A stretch of DNA of 64,000 bases from Phycisphaerae bacterium (GTDB taxonomy: Bacteria; Planctomycetota; Phycisphaerae; WQYP01): positions 1-64,000 of the forward strand of contig DATKPA010000021.1 of NCBI GenBank assembly GCA_035524355.1, given 5' to 3'. Both the position numbers and the translations under genes were made by a program. Shown here piece by piece: positions 35,099-45,113 of this stretch. The notes beneath the pieces were generated by a model that made no database searches, had not been told where the DNA came from, and saw nothing but the letters and a program-made list of their open reading frames with translations. Every line of letters begins with the position of its first letter. Positions within the stretch are counted from its first letter, which is position 1.

Positions 35099-36193
35099 AT
35101 GGCTACGAATTTTGTTGTTCCCACCAAGGTGCATAACGATCTTGTGGCTGCGGCTTACAGGCATCGTGGATATAGCGCGGAAGAAGCCAACGCTGGTGCG
35201 AAGTTTTCGGAGCTGACCGCATGGCATGGCATCAAGACGCACAATGCGATCAAGGCGCTGCACCTGGACGAGTTGTTTGGCTCGAAGGCGGGGGGATGCA
35301 AGCCGGGCGCGAAGATTGAGAAGCTGCCTTCGAAGTTCAAGGCAGTGGAGAAGTGGAACGCGAATCGCAAGCTGGGGCAGGCGACTGCCTTTGAGGCGAT
35401 GGATCGCTGCATGAAGCTGGCGGATGAGTATGGCGTCGGCGTCGTGGCGGTGGATAACGCGTTTCATTACCTGTGGGGCGGCGGGTATGTGATCGATGCG
35501 GCGAAGAAGGGATATATCGCGTACACGTCGTGCACGGCGGCGCTGGCGGAAGTGGTTCCGTTCGGCGGGCGATTCCCGACGCTGGGGACGAACCCGCACT
35601 CGTGGGGGTTCCCGACGACGGACGAAATTGGGTATCCGATCTGCATCGACTGGGCGACGAGCATCGTGGCGATGGGGCGTATTCAGCAGTTCATCCGCGA
35701 AGGGAAGCCGGTGCCGGCGGGGTGGGGCGTGGATGAGAGCGGGAATGAGACGACCGATCCGAACAAGATCAAAGCGCTGTTCCCGTTCGGGCAGCACAAG
35801 GGGTATGGGCTGTCGCTGATCGATGAGTTGTATGCGGCGTACATCGGCGGGTCGTTGCCGACGATTCGGAACCGGTGGGACAAGGTTCCACAGGGCGAGA
35901 AGGGGACGTGCTGCTTCTTCTTCCAGTGCATTCGTCCGGAGGCGATCAACGCGGAAGCGTTTGCGGGCGGGCGGTCGCAGAAGGAGAACGTGAAGGCGGT
36001 GATTCAGGATATCCTGGGGCATGGCAACGAGAAGGCGATGCTGCCCGGGCAACTGGAGGCACAGGCGGCGGCGCTGTCTGCGAAGCATGGCGGGCTGCTG
36101 TTTACAAAGGCGGAAGTAGATGCCCTCGCGGAGATCGCGAAGGAAGCCGGCTTTGCGTTCGACACGGCGGCGCTGAACACGGTTGAGATTTAA
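35099..36193 (+). CDS. Ldh_2 family malate/L-lactate/L-sulfolactate dehydrogenase-like oxidoreductase
   Basis: 364 aa; HNAIKALH, GTNPHSWGFP, FGQHKGYGLS motifs of the Ldh_2 family. Confidence 0.8.
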   Translation: MATNFVVPTKVHNDLVAAAYRHRGYSAEEANAGAKFSELTAWHGIKTHNAIKALHLDELFGSKAGGCKPGAKIEKLPSKFKAVEKWNANRKLGQATAFEAMDRCMKLADEYGVGVVAVDNAFHYLWGGGYVIDAAKKGYIAYTSCTAALAEVVPFGGRFPTLGTNPHSWGFPTTDEIGYPICIDWATSIVAMGRIQQFIREGKPVPAGWGVDESGNETTDPNKIKALFPFGQHKGYGLSLIDELYAAYIGGSLPTIRNRWDKVPQGEKGTCCFFFQCIRPEAINAEAFAGGRSQKENVKAVIQDILGHGNEKAMLPGQLEAQAAALSAKHGGLLFTKAEVDALAEIAKEAGFAFDTAALNTVEI

Positions 36194-36244
36194 GCAAAGG
36201 CGCGAAGGCGCTCAGACGGGCTATTGAATCAAGGAATTTTCATC

Positions 36245-37063
36245 ATGCAAAACATGTTCGATCTCTCCGGCAAGGTCATCGCCATCACGGGCGGTGGGGG
36301 CGTCCTGGGTGCGGAGATGGCGACTGGTCTCGCGGCGGCGGGCGCGAATATCGTGGTCCTCGGGCGGACGCTTGAATCTTTGCAAAAGGTGGTCGATCGC
36401 ATCAAGAAGAACGGGGGCAAAGCGCTTGCGGTGTCGTGCGACGTGCTGGACAGGAACCGTGTGGAAGCCGCTCGCGACCAGATTCTCTCGGCGTTCGGCA
36501 AGATCGACGTTCTGATCAATGGCGCGGGTGGCAACAAGAAGGAAGCGACCACCGGACCTGACATGCCGTTCTTCGATCTCCCGGCCGATGCCATCAAATA
36601 TGTTTTCGATCTCAACTTCATAGGGACGTTGCTGCCGAGCCAGATTTTTGGCAAGGAGATGGCGCGCACGGGAACGGGCGTCATACTCAATGTTTCGAGC
36701 ATGAGCGCGTTCAGTCCGCTGACCAAGATTTCCGCCTACTCTGCGGCGAAGGCTGCGGTCAATAACTTCACGCAGTGGCTTGCGGTACACCTGTGCCAGA
36801 ACTATTCGAAGAACATCCGCGTGAACGCGATTGCGCCCGGGTTTTTCCTCACGGAGCAGAATCGGTTCCTGCTCACCGACGAGAAGAGCGGCAAGCTCAC
36901 GCCAAGGGGTGAAACGATTGTTGCTCATACGCCGATGAGCCGGTTTGGTGAAGCGAACGAACTTCTTGGGGCGACGATTTGGCTTTGTTCCGATGCGTCG
37001 AAGTTTGTCACCGGGATCGTGGTGCCGGTCGATGGCGGCTTCAGCGCGTTCAGCGGTGTCTGA
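36245..37063 (+). CDS. SDR family oxidoreductase (gluconate 5-dehydrogenase-like)
   Basis: TGGGGVLG Rossmann motif, NGAGG, catalytic YSAAK. Confidence 0.85.
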   Translation: MQNMFDLSGKVIAITGGGGVLGAEMATGLAAAGANIVVLGRTLESLQKVVDRIKKNGGKALAVSCDVLDRNRVEAARDQILSAFGKIDVLINGAGGNKKEATTGPDMPFFDLPADAIKYVFDLNFIGTLLPSQIFGKEMARTGTGVILNVSSMSAFSPLTKISAYSAAKAAVNNFTQWLAVHLCQNYSKNIRVNAIAPGFFLTEQNRFLLTDEKSGKLTPRGETIVAHTPMSRFGEANELLGATIWLCSDASKFVTGIVVPVDGGFSAFSGV

Positions 37064-37114
37064 CAAGGCGAACGCAGAACAGACTTTCGAGCCCGGTACT
37101 CGGACCGCGTTTTT

Positions 37115-38023
37115 TCATGCCAGTTCGGCGCGGAGGGCGGATTCGAGTGTGGGGTGGAGGAAGTGGAAATCGGCGGGGAGGCGGGTGGAGATGACGCGCT
37201 GGGAGGCGAGGAGCATTTCCTGGCCCATTTGGCCGAAGGCGAGTTTGACGAGGGGCGTGGGCATGGGGAAGAGGGCGGGGCGGTGGAGGAGGGTGGCGAG
37301 GGTGCGGATGAATTCGTGCTGGCGGACGGGGTTGGGGGCGACGATGTTGAGGGGGCCGGTGAGGGGCGCGGCGATGAGAAACTGAATGAGGCGGGAGAGA
37401 TCGGTGAGGGAGATCCAGGGGAGGAACTGGGTGGCGGGGCCGATGGGGCCGGCGAGGCCGAGCTTGGTGGGGAGGAGCATTTTGGCGAGTGCGCCGCCGG
37501 ATTTTGCGAGGACGACGCCGAAGCGGAGGTGGAGGGTGGGGATGCCGGCGGCTTCAGCGGGTTGGGTGGCGGCCTCCCAGGCGCGGCAGACGTCGGCGAG
37601 GAAGGAGGTTTTGGGTGGAGCGGGCGGAGAGGATTCGGTGAGGAGTTCGTCGCCGCGGTTGCCGTAGATGCCGACGGCGGAGGTGGAGAGGAGGAGTTTG
37701 GGGCGGTTTGATCGGGGGAGAGTGGCGAGGTGTTGGGCGAGTTTTTCGGTGGCGGGGACGCGGGAGTTGTAGATTTCGGATTTGGCTTTGGCGGTCCAGC
37801 GGGTGGCGACGGAGCGGCCGGCGAGATGGAGGAGGATGTCGGGGGGTTCGGGGGTGGAGAGTTGGCCGGTGTCGGGGTTCCAGGTGCATTCGTTTGTGGT
37901 GGAAGTGGTGGCGCGGCGCAGGGGGTAGACGGTGTGGCCGGCGGTGCGGAGGTCGGCGGCGAGGCGGGAGCCGATGAGGCCGGAGGGGCCGGTGATGGCG
38001 ATGCGGAAGGGTTGGTTGGTCAT
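37115..38023 (-). CDS. TIGR01777/YfcH family NAD-dependent epimerase/dehydratase-like protein
   Basis: IAITGPSGLIGSRL N-terminus and C-terminal DUF1731-like region. Confidence 0.75.
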   Translation of the reverse strand: MTNQPFRIAITGPSGLIGSRLAADLRTAGHTVYPLRRATTSTTNECTWNPDTGQLSTPEPPDILLHLAGRSVATRWTAKAKSEIYNSRVPATEKLAQHLATLPRSNRPKLLLSTSAVGIYGNRGDELLTESSPPAPPKTSFLADVCRAWEAATQPAEAAGIPTLHLRFGVVLAKSGGALAKMLLPTKLGLAGPIGPATQFLPWISLTDLSRLIQFLIAAPLTGPLNIVAPNPVRQHEFIRTLATLLHRPALFPMPTPLVKLAFGQMGQEMLLASQRVISTRLPADFHFLHPTLESALRAELA

Positions 38024-38070
38024 GCGCGGTTCCTCTCGGTGTGGCCGGCTGAAGGCGGAAGTCCGAACGT

Positions 38071-40749
38071 TTAAGCGCGGCCGGAGGCGAGGAGGGTTCG
38101 TTGGGCGAGGAGAGCGGCGCGGGCGGCGGGGAGGATGGCGGCGAGCCAGGCGAGGAGGGTGGTGATGACGATGCCGATGAAAACGTAGAAGGCAGCGGAG
38201 GTGAAGACGCCGAGGAGGGTTTTGTCGAGGAAGTTGGTCTGGAAACCGGTGAGGAGGAAATCGACAAGGGTGGACATGTAGGCGAGGTGGAGGCCGGCGG
38301 CGACGCCGAGGACTCCGGCGATGATGCCGATGAGTGAGACTTCGGCGAGGACAAGGCGGATGAGCTGCATGCGGCCGGCGCCGACGGCGCGGAGGACGCC
38401 GAACTCATAACGGCGGGCGTGGACGGAGGCGATGACCATGTTGGCGACGCCGAGGGAGGCGACGACGAGGGCGCCGAAGGCGATGATGGAGAGGGCGTCG
38501 ACGACGCGGGTGATGACCTTGCGGATACCGACCTTGAGTTCGACGGCGGAGACGGATTGGAAGCCGTCCTTGGCAAGTTGCTGGCGGAGGGCACCGAGTT
38601 TGGCGGAGGAATGTGCTGCGGGGTCGAGGTTGACGAGGATGAAGGAGCCCTCGCGGACACGGAAGTATTTCTTGGCGTCAGAGAGGGTGCCGAGTACGGA
38701 GGAGACGGCCTGTTCCTGGAAGATGGTGCGCATGTCGAAGTAGTTTTTGACGAGTTCCATGCCGGTGGAGGCGACGACGGCGGCGATGGTGAAGTCGACG
38801 GGTTTTCCGTCGGCGGCGACGAGGGTGAGCTTGTCGCCGACGGTGAGGTGGCGGTGGTTTTCGAAGTCTTCGGTGACGAAGATGTGTGCCCCGTCGGCGA
38901 GTTGCTTGAGTGCGGTCTCGCGGTCGCCTTTGACGAATTCCATCTCGACGACTTTTGGGAAAGCGGTGGGATCGACGGCGACGAAATGGGTGGCGGCGTC
39001 GGAGAGGATTTCGCGGGACTGGCCGGGATCGGTTTTGATTTTGACGGGGAAAGACGAGGCGGGGCAGGCGATGGTGATTTCGGGGTGCTCGGCCATGAGG
39101 GTTTCGGCGCGGCGTTCGGGGCTCGGGCGGAGGGGACTGGGGACGAAGGAATCGACGACGGTGTCCATGACGGTGTAGAGGAGGAGGTCGGGGACACGGG
39201 CGGGGGAGACCCAGGAGACGAGGAGGGATTGGCCGCGGGCGCGGACGGCGGTGAGGAGCGTCACGCCGATCATGAGGGCGGCGATCATGGCACTGGCGCG
39301 CCAGGGCGTACGAGACCAGGCACTACGGAGGAGGACTGGGCGGATGAAGAAGAGACGTCCAAGGACGTGAGCCCCGGCCCATTCTGCGGCGACGAGAATG
39401 GCGGGACCGAGCAGGGCCCAGCCGATGAAGATGAGCGGGATGCCGGCGAAGAGATAGATAAAGAACCTGGCGTCTTTCTGCGGGATGAGATTCCAGAGAA
39501 GGAACTGGGCTGCGAGAGCAACGCCGCCGATGAGGAGTGCCAAGTGGATGCGGGAGTGGCGCGGTGGGTGGGCGGCGGCGGTGATGGCGGCCATGGGTGA
39601 AACGCGGGTGACCTGCCACATGGGGATGGCGGCGCCGAAGGAGGTTGCCAGGAGGCCGGTGATGATGGAAATGAGAATGTAGGCGGGGGCGATTTTGTAG
39701 GCGAGGAAGTATTGAGGGAAGTGGGTGACGAGGAGGGTGGAGAAAGCGAAGCCGAGGGCGATTCCGGCGGCGCTGCCGATGACGCCCATAACGAGCGCGT
39801 CGGCGAGCACGAAGGAGGCGAGTTGAGAGCGCGAGGAGCCGATGCAGCGGAGTTGGCCGAACTGGCGGATGCGTTCCTGAACGCCGACGGAGAGGGTGGT
39901 GCCGATGATGAGGGCGGCACAGATGGAGGAGATGACGGCAAGGAGGGAAAGGATGAGCTCGATGGAATGGGTTTCCTGAGCGAGTTTGGCGCGGGAGTTG
40001 GTGCCGGGGGAGGCTTTGACGGTGGGGCCGAGCTCGGCGGTGAGTTGTTTGGCGTAGGCGTCGTAGTCGGTGTCGGGGGGGAGTTTGAGCTTGAGGTCGA
40101 TGACGTTGTATTCGGGGGTGAGGCCGAGGTCTTTGGAGAGGGCGTTGATGTCGAGGTAGGCGGTGGGGCGGGAGAGGAGCTCGATGGCGGGACGTTTGAT
40201 GATGCCGACGATGGTGAGTGGGCGGGAGTGGGCGCCATCGAAGGAGTAGTCAATTTTCTGATTGAGGTGGAGGTGCATGAGGTCGGCGATGGTGGAATCG
40301 ATGATGATTTGGTTGGGATCACCGGGGGTGAGGCCGTGGCCATCGGCGTAGATCTTGGGGCGGAGCTTTTCGTCGAGGTCGGGAAAGATGCCGATGGCGT
40401 CGAACCAGCGTTTGTCGTCCTCTCCCCCCCTACCGGTCGGGGCGAGGGAGATGTGGGTCTGAAGGCGGCCGGCGGCGAAATCAACATCGGGGCGATTGCG
40501 CAATTGCTGGAGGAGGGAATCGGGGAGGCGGGCGTCGACGCCTTTTTGAGCGGCACGGATATGGATTTCGGCGACGCCGAGCATCTGGCCGATGACCGTG
40601 TTGACCGTGTAACGAAGGGATTCGAAAGCGGCGCCGACGCAGACGATGAGGGCAACGGCGGCGGCGATGGCGATGGAGCAGAGGATCGGGCGGAGCGGGC
40701 GGGCAGTCCATTGGCGGACGGCGAGGCGAAGAGGGATGGGGAGGGGCAT
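38071..40749 (-). CDS. MacB-like ABC transporter permease with two FtsX domains
   Basis: 892 aa; two 4-TM FtsX modules separated by large periplasmic domains. Confidence 0.85.
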   Translation of the reverse strand: MPLPIPLRLAVRQWTARPLRPILCSIAIAAAVALIVCVGAAFESLRYTVNTVIGQMLGVAEIHIRAAQKGVDARLPDSLLQQLRNRPDVDFAAGRLQTHISLAPTGRGGEDDKRWFDAIGIFPDLDEKLRPKIYADGHGLTPGDPNQIIIDSTIADLMHLHLNQKIDYSFDGAHSRPLTIVGIIKRPAIELLSRPTAYLDINALSKDLGLTPEYNVIDLKLKLPPDTDYDAYAKQLTAELGPTVKASPGTNSRAKLAQETHSIELILSLLAVISSICAALIIGTTLSVGVQERIRQFGQLRCIGSSRSQLASFVLADALVMGVIGSAAGIALGFAFSTLLVTHFPQYFLAYKIAPAYILISIITGLLATSFGAAIPMWQVTRVSPMAAITAAAHPPRHSRIHLALLIGGVALAAQFLLWNLIPQKDARFFIYLFAGIPLIFIGWALLGPAILVAAEWAGAHVLGRLFFIRPVLLRSAWSRTPWRASAMIAALMIGVTLLTAVRARGQSLLVSWVSPARVPDLLLYTVMDTVVDSFVPSPLRPSPERRAETLMAEHPEITIACPASSFPVKIKTDPGQSREILSDAATHFVAVDPTAFPKVVEMEFVKGDRETALKQLADGAHIFVTEDFENHRHLTVGDKLTLVAADGKPVDFTIAAVVASTGMELVKNYFDMRTIFQEQAVSSVLGTLSDAKKYFRVREGSFILVNLDPAAHSSAKLGALRQQLAKDGFQSVSAVELKVGIRKVITRVVDALSIIAFGALVVASLGVANMVIASVHARRYEFGVLRAVGAGRMQLIRLVLAEVSLIGIIAGVLGVAAGLHLAYMSTLVDFLLTGFQTNFLDKTLLGVFTSAAFYVFIGIVITTLLAWLAAILPAARAALLAQRTLLASGRA

Positions 40750-40775
40750 GCGTCACTCCGTTCCTGAATGACACT

Positions 40776-40932
40776 GGGAATGACGAATGACAAATGACGA
40801 ATGACGAATCAAATTCCAATCACGAATGATTGAATGTTCGAAACGGGGTTGTCGGTGGGTAGTCCTGGACATTTGAGCCTTTATCATTTGGTCATTGATT
40901 CGTCATTTGTCATTTGACATTCGTCATTCCCG
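40776..40932. repeat. MITE-like element: 37-bp terminal inverted repeats made of GAATGAC heptamers, ~83-bp core
   Basis: 5' arm gggaatgacgaatgacaaatgacgaatgacgaatcaa; 3' arm ttgattcgtcatttgtcatttgacattcgtcattccc; fills the intergenic gap between ABC ATPase stop and permease start. Confidence 0.6.
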
Positions 40933-40934
40933 CG

Positions 40935-41675
40935 TCAGCGGGCGATCGTCTGGTAATGGGCGGCGAGGGAGGCGGGGTCGGTGAAGGAGTCGGGGGCGAA
41001 TTCGCCGGAGATCTGGCCGTCGCGGAGCACGACGACGCGGTCGGCATGAGCGGCGGCGGCGGGTTCGTGCGTGACCATGACAATGGTGGTGTGGGAGGCG
41101 CGGGCGGCTTCATCGAGAAGGGTCCAGAACTGGCTGGCGGAGTTGGAGTCGAGATTGCCGGTTGGTTCGTCGGCGAAGAGGACCGGGGGATTGTTAATGA
41201 GGGCGCGGGCGATGGCGACGCGCTGTTGTTCGCCGCCAGAGAGGGCGTCGGGTCGGTGATCAGCGCGGTGGTCGATTTTGAGGATGGAAAGGAGTTCGCG
41301 GATGCGGCCGGCGTCGGAGGGCTGCCAGGAGCCGTCGAGTTGGCGCGGGAGCGCCACATTCTCGAAAGCGGTGAGAGTTGGGATGAGATTGAACTGCTGG
41401 AAGACGATTCCGATGCGGCGGCGGCGGAAAATGGTGAGCTGAGATTCGGAGAGGGTTTCGAGCTTTTCGCCGGCGACTTCGATGGAGCCGGAATCGAAAC
41501 GGTCGAGAGCGGCGCAGAGGTGGAGCAGGGTGGATTTGCCGGAACCGGAGGCGCCCATGATGGCAACGAATTCACCGGGCTTGACGGCAAGATCCACGCC
41601 GCGGAGAGCGAGGATTTGGCGATCTCCCTGGATATAGTTTTTTTTGAGGGCCTGAACGTGAACTGCGTAGGGCAT
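40935..41675 (-). CDS. ABC transporter ATP-binding protein (MacB/LolD-like)
   Basis: GASGSGKSTLL Walker A, LSGGEQQRVAIARAL signature, start at MPYAVHVQ. Confidence 0.85.
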   Translation of the reverse strand: MPYAVHVQALKKNYIQGDRQILALRGVDLAVKPGEFVAIMGASGSGKSTLLHLCAALDRFDSGSIEVAGEKLETLSESQLTIFRRRRIGIVFQQFNLIPTLTAFENVALPRQLDGSWQPSDAGRIRELLSILKIDHRADHRPDALSGGEQQRVAIARALINNPPVLFADEPTGNLDSNSASQFWTLLDEAARASHTTIVMVTHEPAAAAHADRVVVLRDGQISGEFAPDSFTDPASLAAHYQTIAR

Positions 41676-41809
41676 GGAGTGATTCCGGGACGCGGTCGAA
41701 TGATGCATGATAGGCGCACGTGCGGCGTTGCGAAAGGCGATGGGGAGTAATGTTGGAGAGTTCATCGAAAGCGTGGTATTTGAAGTTCAGATAAGCTGAG
41801 AACGTTCGG

Positions 41810-42205
41810 TCAGTTGGGAACGACTTGCACATAACGAAGGAGGAGTTCATCGCCGGTTTTCATGCCGCGAAAGACGATCGTGTCGCCGGGTTTGGCCGGA
41901 AGATCGACATGCTGAGTGACCGGTTGGACTTCCTTCTTGGATGGAGCGAGCGAGTTGGCGGGAGCACTGGCGGCACGATGTGTGTCCACCCCTTCCACGC
42001 GAAACGGGACTACGACGTCGCTTTCCCAGTAGGCGGGCACCTGTTTGCCATCGACCTTGAGCAGGGCCATGCCCAGGGTGTTGTCGACCTGGAGGACGGT
42101 GGCTTTACCCTGGACGAATGCAGACGGTCGAGACGGTTGTTTCGACGTGGAGGTACACCCGACGAGCAGAGGCGCGAAGAAGAGGACGAGAGTTGCGAGC
42201 CGCAT
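41810..42205 (-). CDS. hypothetical lipoprotein
   Basis: signal peptide LVLFFAPLLVGC lipobox. Confidence 0.5.
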   Translation of the reverse strand: MRLATLVLFFAPLLVGCTSTSKQPSRPSAFVQGKATVLQVDNTLGMALLKVDGKQVPAYWESDVVVPFRVEGVDTHRAASAPANSLAPSKKEVQPVTQHVDLPAKPGDTIVFRGMKTGDELLLRYVQVVPN

Positions 42206-42316
42206 GGGCGAGTTCTCCAGCAGAGTTGCAGATTATAACGTTGCATCGGGGAAAGAGCGCATAAAGAAGCCCCGCGAATGGGCGGGGCTTTGGAAGATAT
42301 GAGTGGCAGCGAAGCG

Positions 42317-42931
42317 TTACTTGAGCTTGGGCTCGATGGTGAGGTCGGATTTGGGACCGGTGGGAGAATCGGCGTGCTGCAAGGTGACGTGGTCGGGGGC
42401 GATGTCCACGACCCTGGCGTCGTCGACGGTCATGCCGGTGGAGACAATCCGGCCGTTGATGATGGCGCACAAGGTTTTGTCGCGCTGCTGCAGAATGCCG
42501 CTGAGCTTGTAATTCTGAAGGTTCACCGCCTGGGGTGCGGGTGTATAGACCGTCGGTTGAGGGGTATAGATGGGCTCATGCACTTCCGGAGCGCGGACAA
42601 GCATGTTTCGCCATTCCGGAGATATCAAGAAAGGATTGTGGGGCGTTCGTTCCCCTGAAGGCTGTTCGGGCTTGCTGGATCCGCGGAGAAGTTTGGCGGT
42701 GGGATCGTTGGCGAGCGCCGCTTCGGCCTGCGCCGGCGTTTCATCCATCGTCGCGTCGCCAGGAGTATCCGATGCTGAAGAGAAGACCGAGGCGGATGCG
42801 GACTGAGGGCCGCTCTTTACGGAATGAACCACGAGAACGCCAATCAGGATGGCCCCGAGCGCGCCGACAACAGCCAGCTTCTTCTTTTCCGCGGAAGGGT
42901 CGGAGGTCTTCTGCTTATCAAAATCACCCAT
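42317..42931 (-). CDS. hypothetical membrane-anchored protein (pilus-cluster associated, PilP-like position)
   Basis: N-terminal TM, Pro/Thr-rich linker, C-terminal beta domain; last gene of pilM-N-O cluster. Confidence 0.45.
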   Translation of the reverse strand: MGDFDKQKTSDPSAEKKKLAVVGALGAILIGVLVVHSVKSGPQSASASVFSSASDTPGDATMDETPAQAEAALANDPTAKLLRGSSKPEQPSGERTPHNPFLISPEWRNMLVRAPEVHEPIYTPQPTVYTPAPQAVNLQNYKLSGILQQRDKTLCAIINGRIVSTGMTVDDARVVDIAPDHVTLQHADSPTGPKSDLTIEPKLK

Positions 42932-42934
42932 AGC

Positions 42935-43579
42935 TCACCGTGCCATGAAAGTAGAGATATCGACATTAATCTGACATGAAGGTTCCTGTCCGGGTGCAAG
43001 ACCGAGGGGTTTCCCATCGGGGGTTGTGTTTTCGACCTGGAGCGTCAGGCGGTCGAGGCGCGTCAGACGGTTCATCGAACGAAGACCAATCAGGAAGCGG
43101 TAGCAGGTGTCCCACTTTCCGTGCCCCGAAATCGCGACGGGAAGAGACTTGTAATCACCGGCATCCGTGAGGTCACGATTGAAGGTGGTGGAATCGACGA
43201 TCAATCCAGCGTTCTCTTCCACCTTGGCGATCTGGGCCAGAAAGTCGTCCATCGACTGGGAGTTCGGGAGGCGAGATTCGGCTTCGAGGAGGCGGGCCTC
43301 GGTCTGTTTGCGGGCGGATTCGACTTCGCTCAGCGTTTTATTGAGGCCGTCAAGTTCGGAGAGGGTTCCCTTGAGTTCTGTGGCAGCCCGCACGTTAGCA
43401 GTACCCACGGAATAGAAATGGAAAGCGGCGAAGGCGGAAGGCGCGATGATCCCACCAAGGACGGCAAAAGTTCCGATGATGTTGATCACGCGACGCTTTT
43501 CTTGAAGGATGTCAGCCATAACGATTTCCTGTGTCTGTTGAGACGAGGGGTCAGGAACCCTTGCTTTCGGGTTGTTCAC
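42935..43579 (-). CDS. pilO: type IV pilus assembly protein PilO-like
   Basis: single N-terminal TM, coiled-coil then ferredoxin-like domain; position after pilN. Confidence 0.6.
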   Translation of the reverse strand: MNNPKARVPDPSSQQTQEIVMADILQEKRRVINIIGTFAVLGGIIAPSAFAAFHFYSVGTANVRAATELKGTLSELDGLNKTLSEVESARKQTEARLLEAESRLPNSQSMDDFLAQIAKVEENAGLIVDSTTFNRDLTDAGDYKSLPVAISGHGKWDTCYRFLIGLRSMNRLTRLDRLTLQVENTTPDGKPLGLAPGQEPSCQINVDISTFMAR

Positions 43580-44144
43580 AGGTGAGCTCGAAATGCATCA
43601 CCTGGCCGTCGAGGTACGATTCACGCCTGGACGACTGAAGCACGACGTTGACCGGGGGCTGCGTCGATTTTCCGAGGCGCGTCATGAGGTCGGCGAGGGT
43701 CCTGGAGTTTTCGGTGATGCCGACGATGTGGACGATATAATGTCCGTCGGAATCGCTGGCATTGCCCGAAGGGTCATTCTTCTGAGCGCGGGCATCGATG
43801 TTGATGTAGTCGAGGGAATCCCTGGCGGAGAACCCGTTGGAGATATCACAGAGGAGCGAAAGAAGGGTTCTGTCATCCATGAGTTTCTGGATCTTCTGCA
43901 TGCGGTTGGCGAGATCCTGCCGGCGCGAGCGGAGATCCTGGGAGCGCGTGATGAGCGCCGATTTTTCCTTGCACTGTGAGGCAATCCCCTGATATTCCGT
44001 GACGCACCGGTGCTGCCACATGTAGACTGCGCCGACACCGCTCAGGGAAATGACGGCTGCAACGGCTGCGGCGATGGACCAGCGCTTGATCTGCTGCCGC
44101 CGCATCGTACGGATGCGGTAATCAAATGGAATCAGTTCAGCCAT
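43551..44144 (-). CDS. pilN: type IV pilus assembly protein PilN-like
   Basis: MAELIPFDYRIRTMRRQQIKRW... single TM and coiled-coil typical of PilN. Confidence 0.6.
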   Translation of the reverse strand: MAELIPFDYRIRTMRRQQIKRWSIAAAVAAVISLSGVGAVYMWQHRCVTEYQGIASQCKEKSALITRSQDLRSRRQDLANRMQKIQKLMDDRTLLSLLCDISNGFSARDSLDYINIDARAQKNDPSGNASDSDGHYIVHIVGITENSRTLADLMTRLGKSTQPPVNVVLQSSRRESYLDGQVMHFELTCEQPESKGS

Positions 44145-45090
44145 GGATCGACACTCCTTGGGGCTGCAACGCCAGTCCCACCGCGGCAGCAAAATGAGTA
44201 GCCACATTCGGCTGCACAGCGGCACGCACTTCGGGAGCCATGGAGTCGGCGGTGAGCGCATCAAAGGGGGAGGGCGCTCTCACGGGGATGTGGAACCGGC
44301 TGGTGAGGTATTCAGCGAATTTTTCGTCCTCAGCGCCATTTCCGAAGAGAAGCAGTTCGCTGAGGTTGTCGAGTTGCATGGTACCGACCATGTGTGAAAC
44401 GCACTTGGAGATCTCATCGCCGACGCGATCCAGTCCGGAGGAGGAGTATTTCTGCGCGGCGTTGGAGATTTCGAAGGGACGCCAGAAGAGAAGCTGCTTG
44501 TTCTCGACGACCGCGAAGTAGCCTGTGTTTTCGGCGATGGCGACGGTGCAAATGGTTCCTTCAGCAAAGGAAGATTGGCGGATGAGGAGGCTGGCCACCG
44601 CACACGGGGCGACATCAAGGTGTTCGCAGGTCAGGCCCAGTTTTTCGAATCCCTGCAGGTAACGCTGGACGACGCTGGCCTGCACGGCGACGACGAGGAC
44701 ATCGCGGGTGCGGGCGTTGGGCTTGGGCTCCCCCACCGGCCAGAAATCGAATGCCAGGTCCTTGGGATCGAACGGGAGGCAGTTCTGAAGGGTCCAGCGG
44801 ATCTGCTCTTCCGGAGATTGCGGCTTGGAGGGGTCGATGGCAACAGAGCGGCTGATCACGAGAGAGGTCGGAAGCGCGCTGACGCAGCGCTTCGACTTCA
44901 GGCGATGCGTGTCGATCAAGGAACCCAGTGCCCGGAGGTGGCGATCGGGGAGAGTCTCGTTGGTGCCGGCTTCGACAGTTTGCGTGGCAAAGGCCTGAAC
45001 GCGAGGGCCGGACTTTTTCTGCCGGACATCGAGCACGCGCACCGCATCCCTGGAGAGGTCGATGGCGAGGATGCTGTCTTTTACAAACAT
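44137..45090 (-). CDS. pilM: type IV pilus assembly protein PilM (actin-like ATPase fold)
   Basis: ILAIDLSRDAVRVLDV N-terminus and overall PilM architecture. Confidence 0.75.
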   Translation of the reverse strand: MFVKDSILAIDLSRDAVRVLDVRQKKSGPRVQAFATQTVEAGTNETLPDRHLRALGSLIDTHRLKSKRCVSALPTSLVISRSVAIDPSKPQSPEEQIRWTLQNCLPFDPKDLAFDFWPVGEPKPNARTRDVLVVAVQASVVQRYLQGFEKLGLTCEHLDVAPCAVASLLIRQSSFAEGTICTVAIAENTGYFAVVENKQLLFWRPFEISNAAQKYSSSGLDRVGDEISKCVSHMVGTMQLDNLSELLLFGNGAEDEKFAEYLTSRFHIPVRAPSPFDALTADSMAPEVRAAVQPNVATHFAAAVGLALQPQGVSIHG

Positions 45091-45113
45091 GTGAACACCT
45101 GCAAAGGTCCGGA

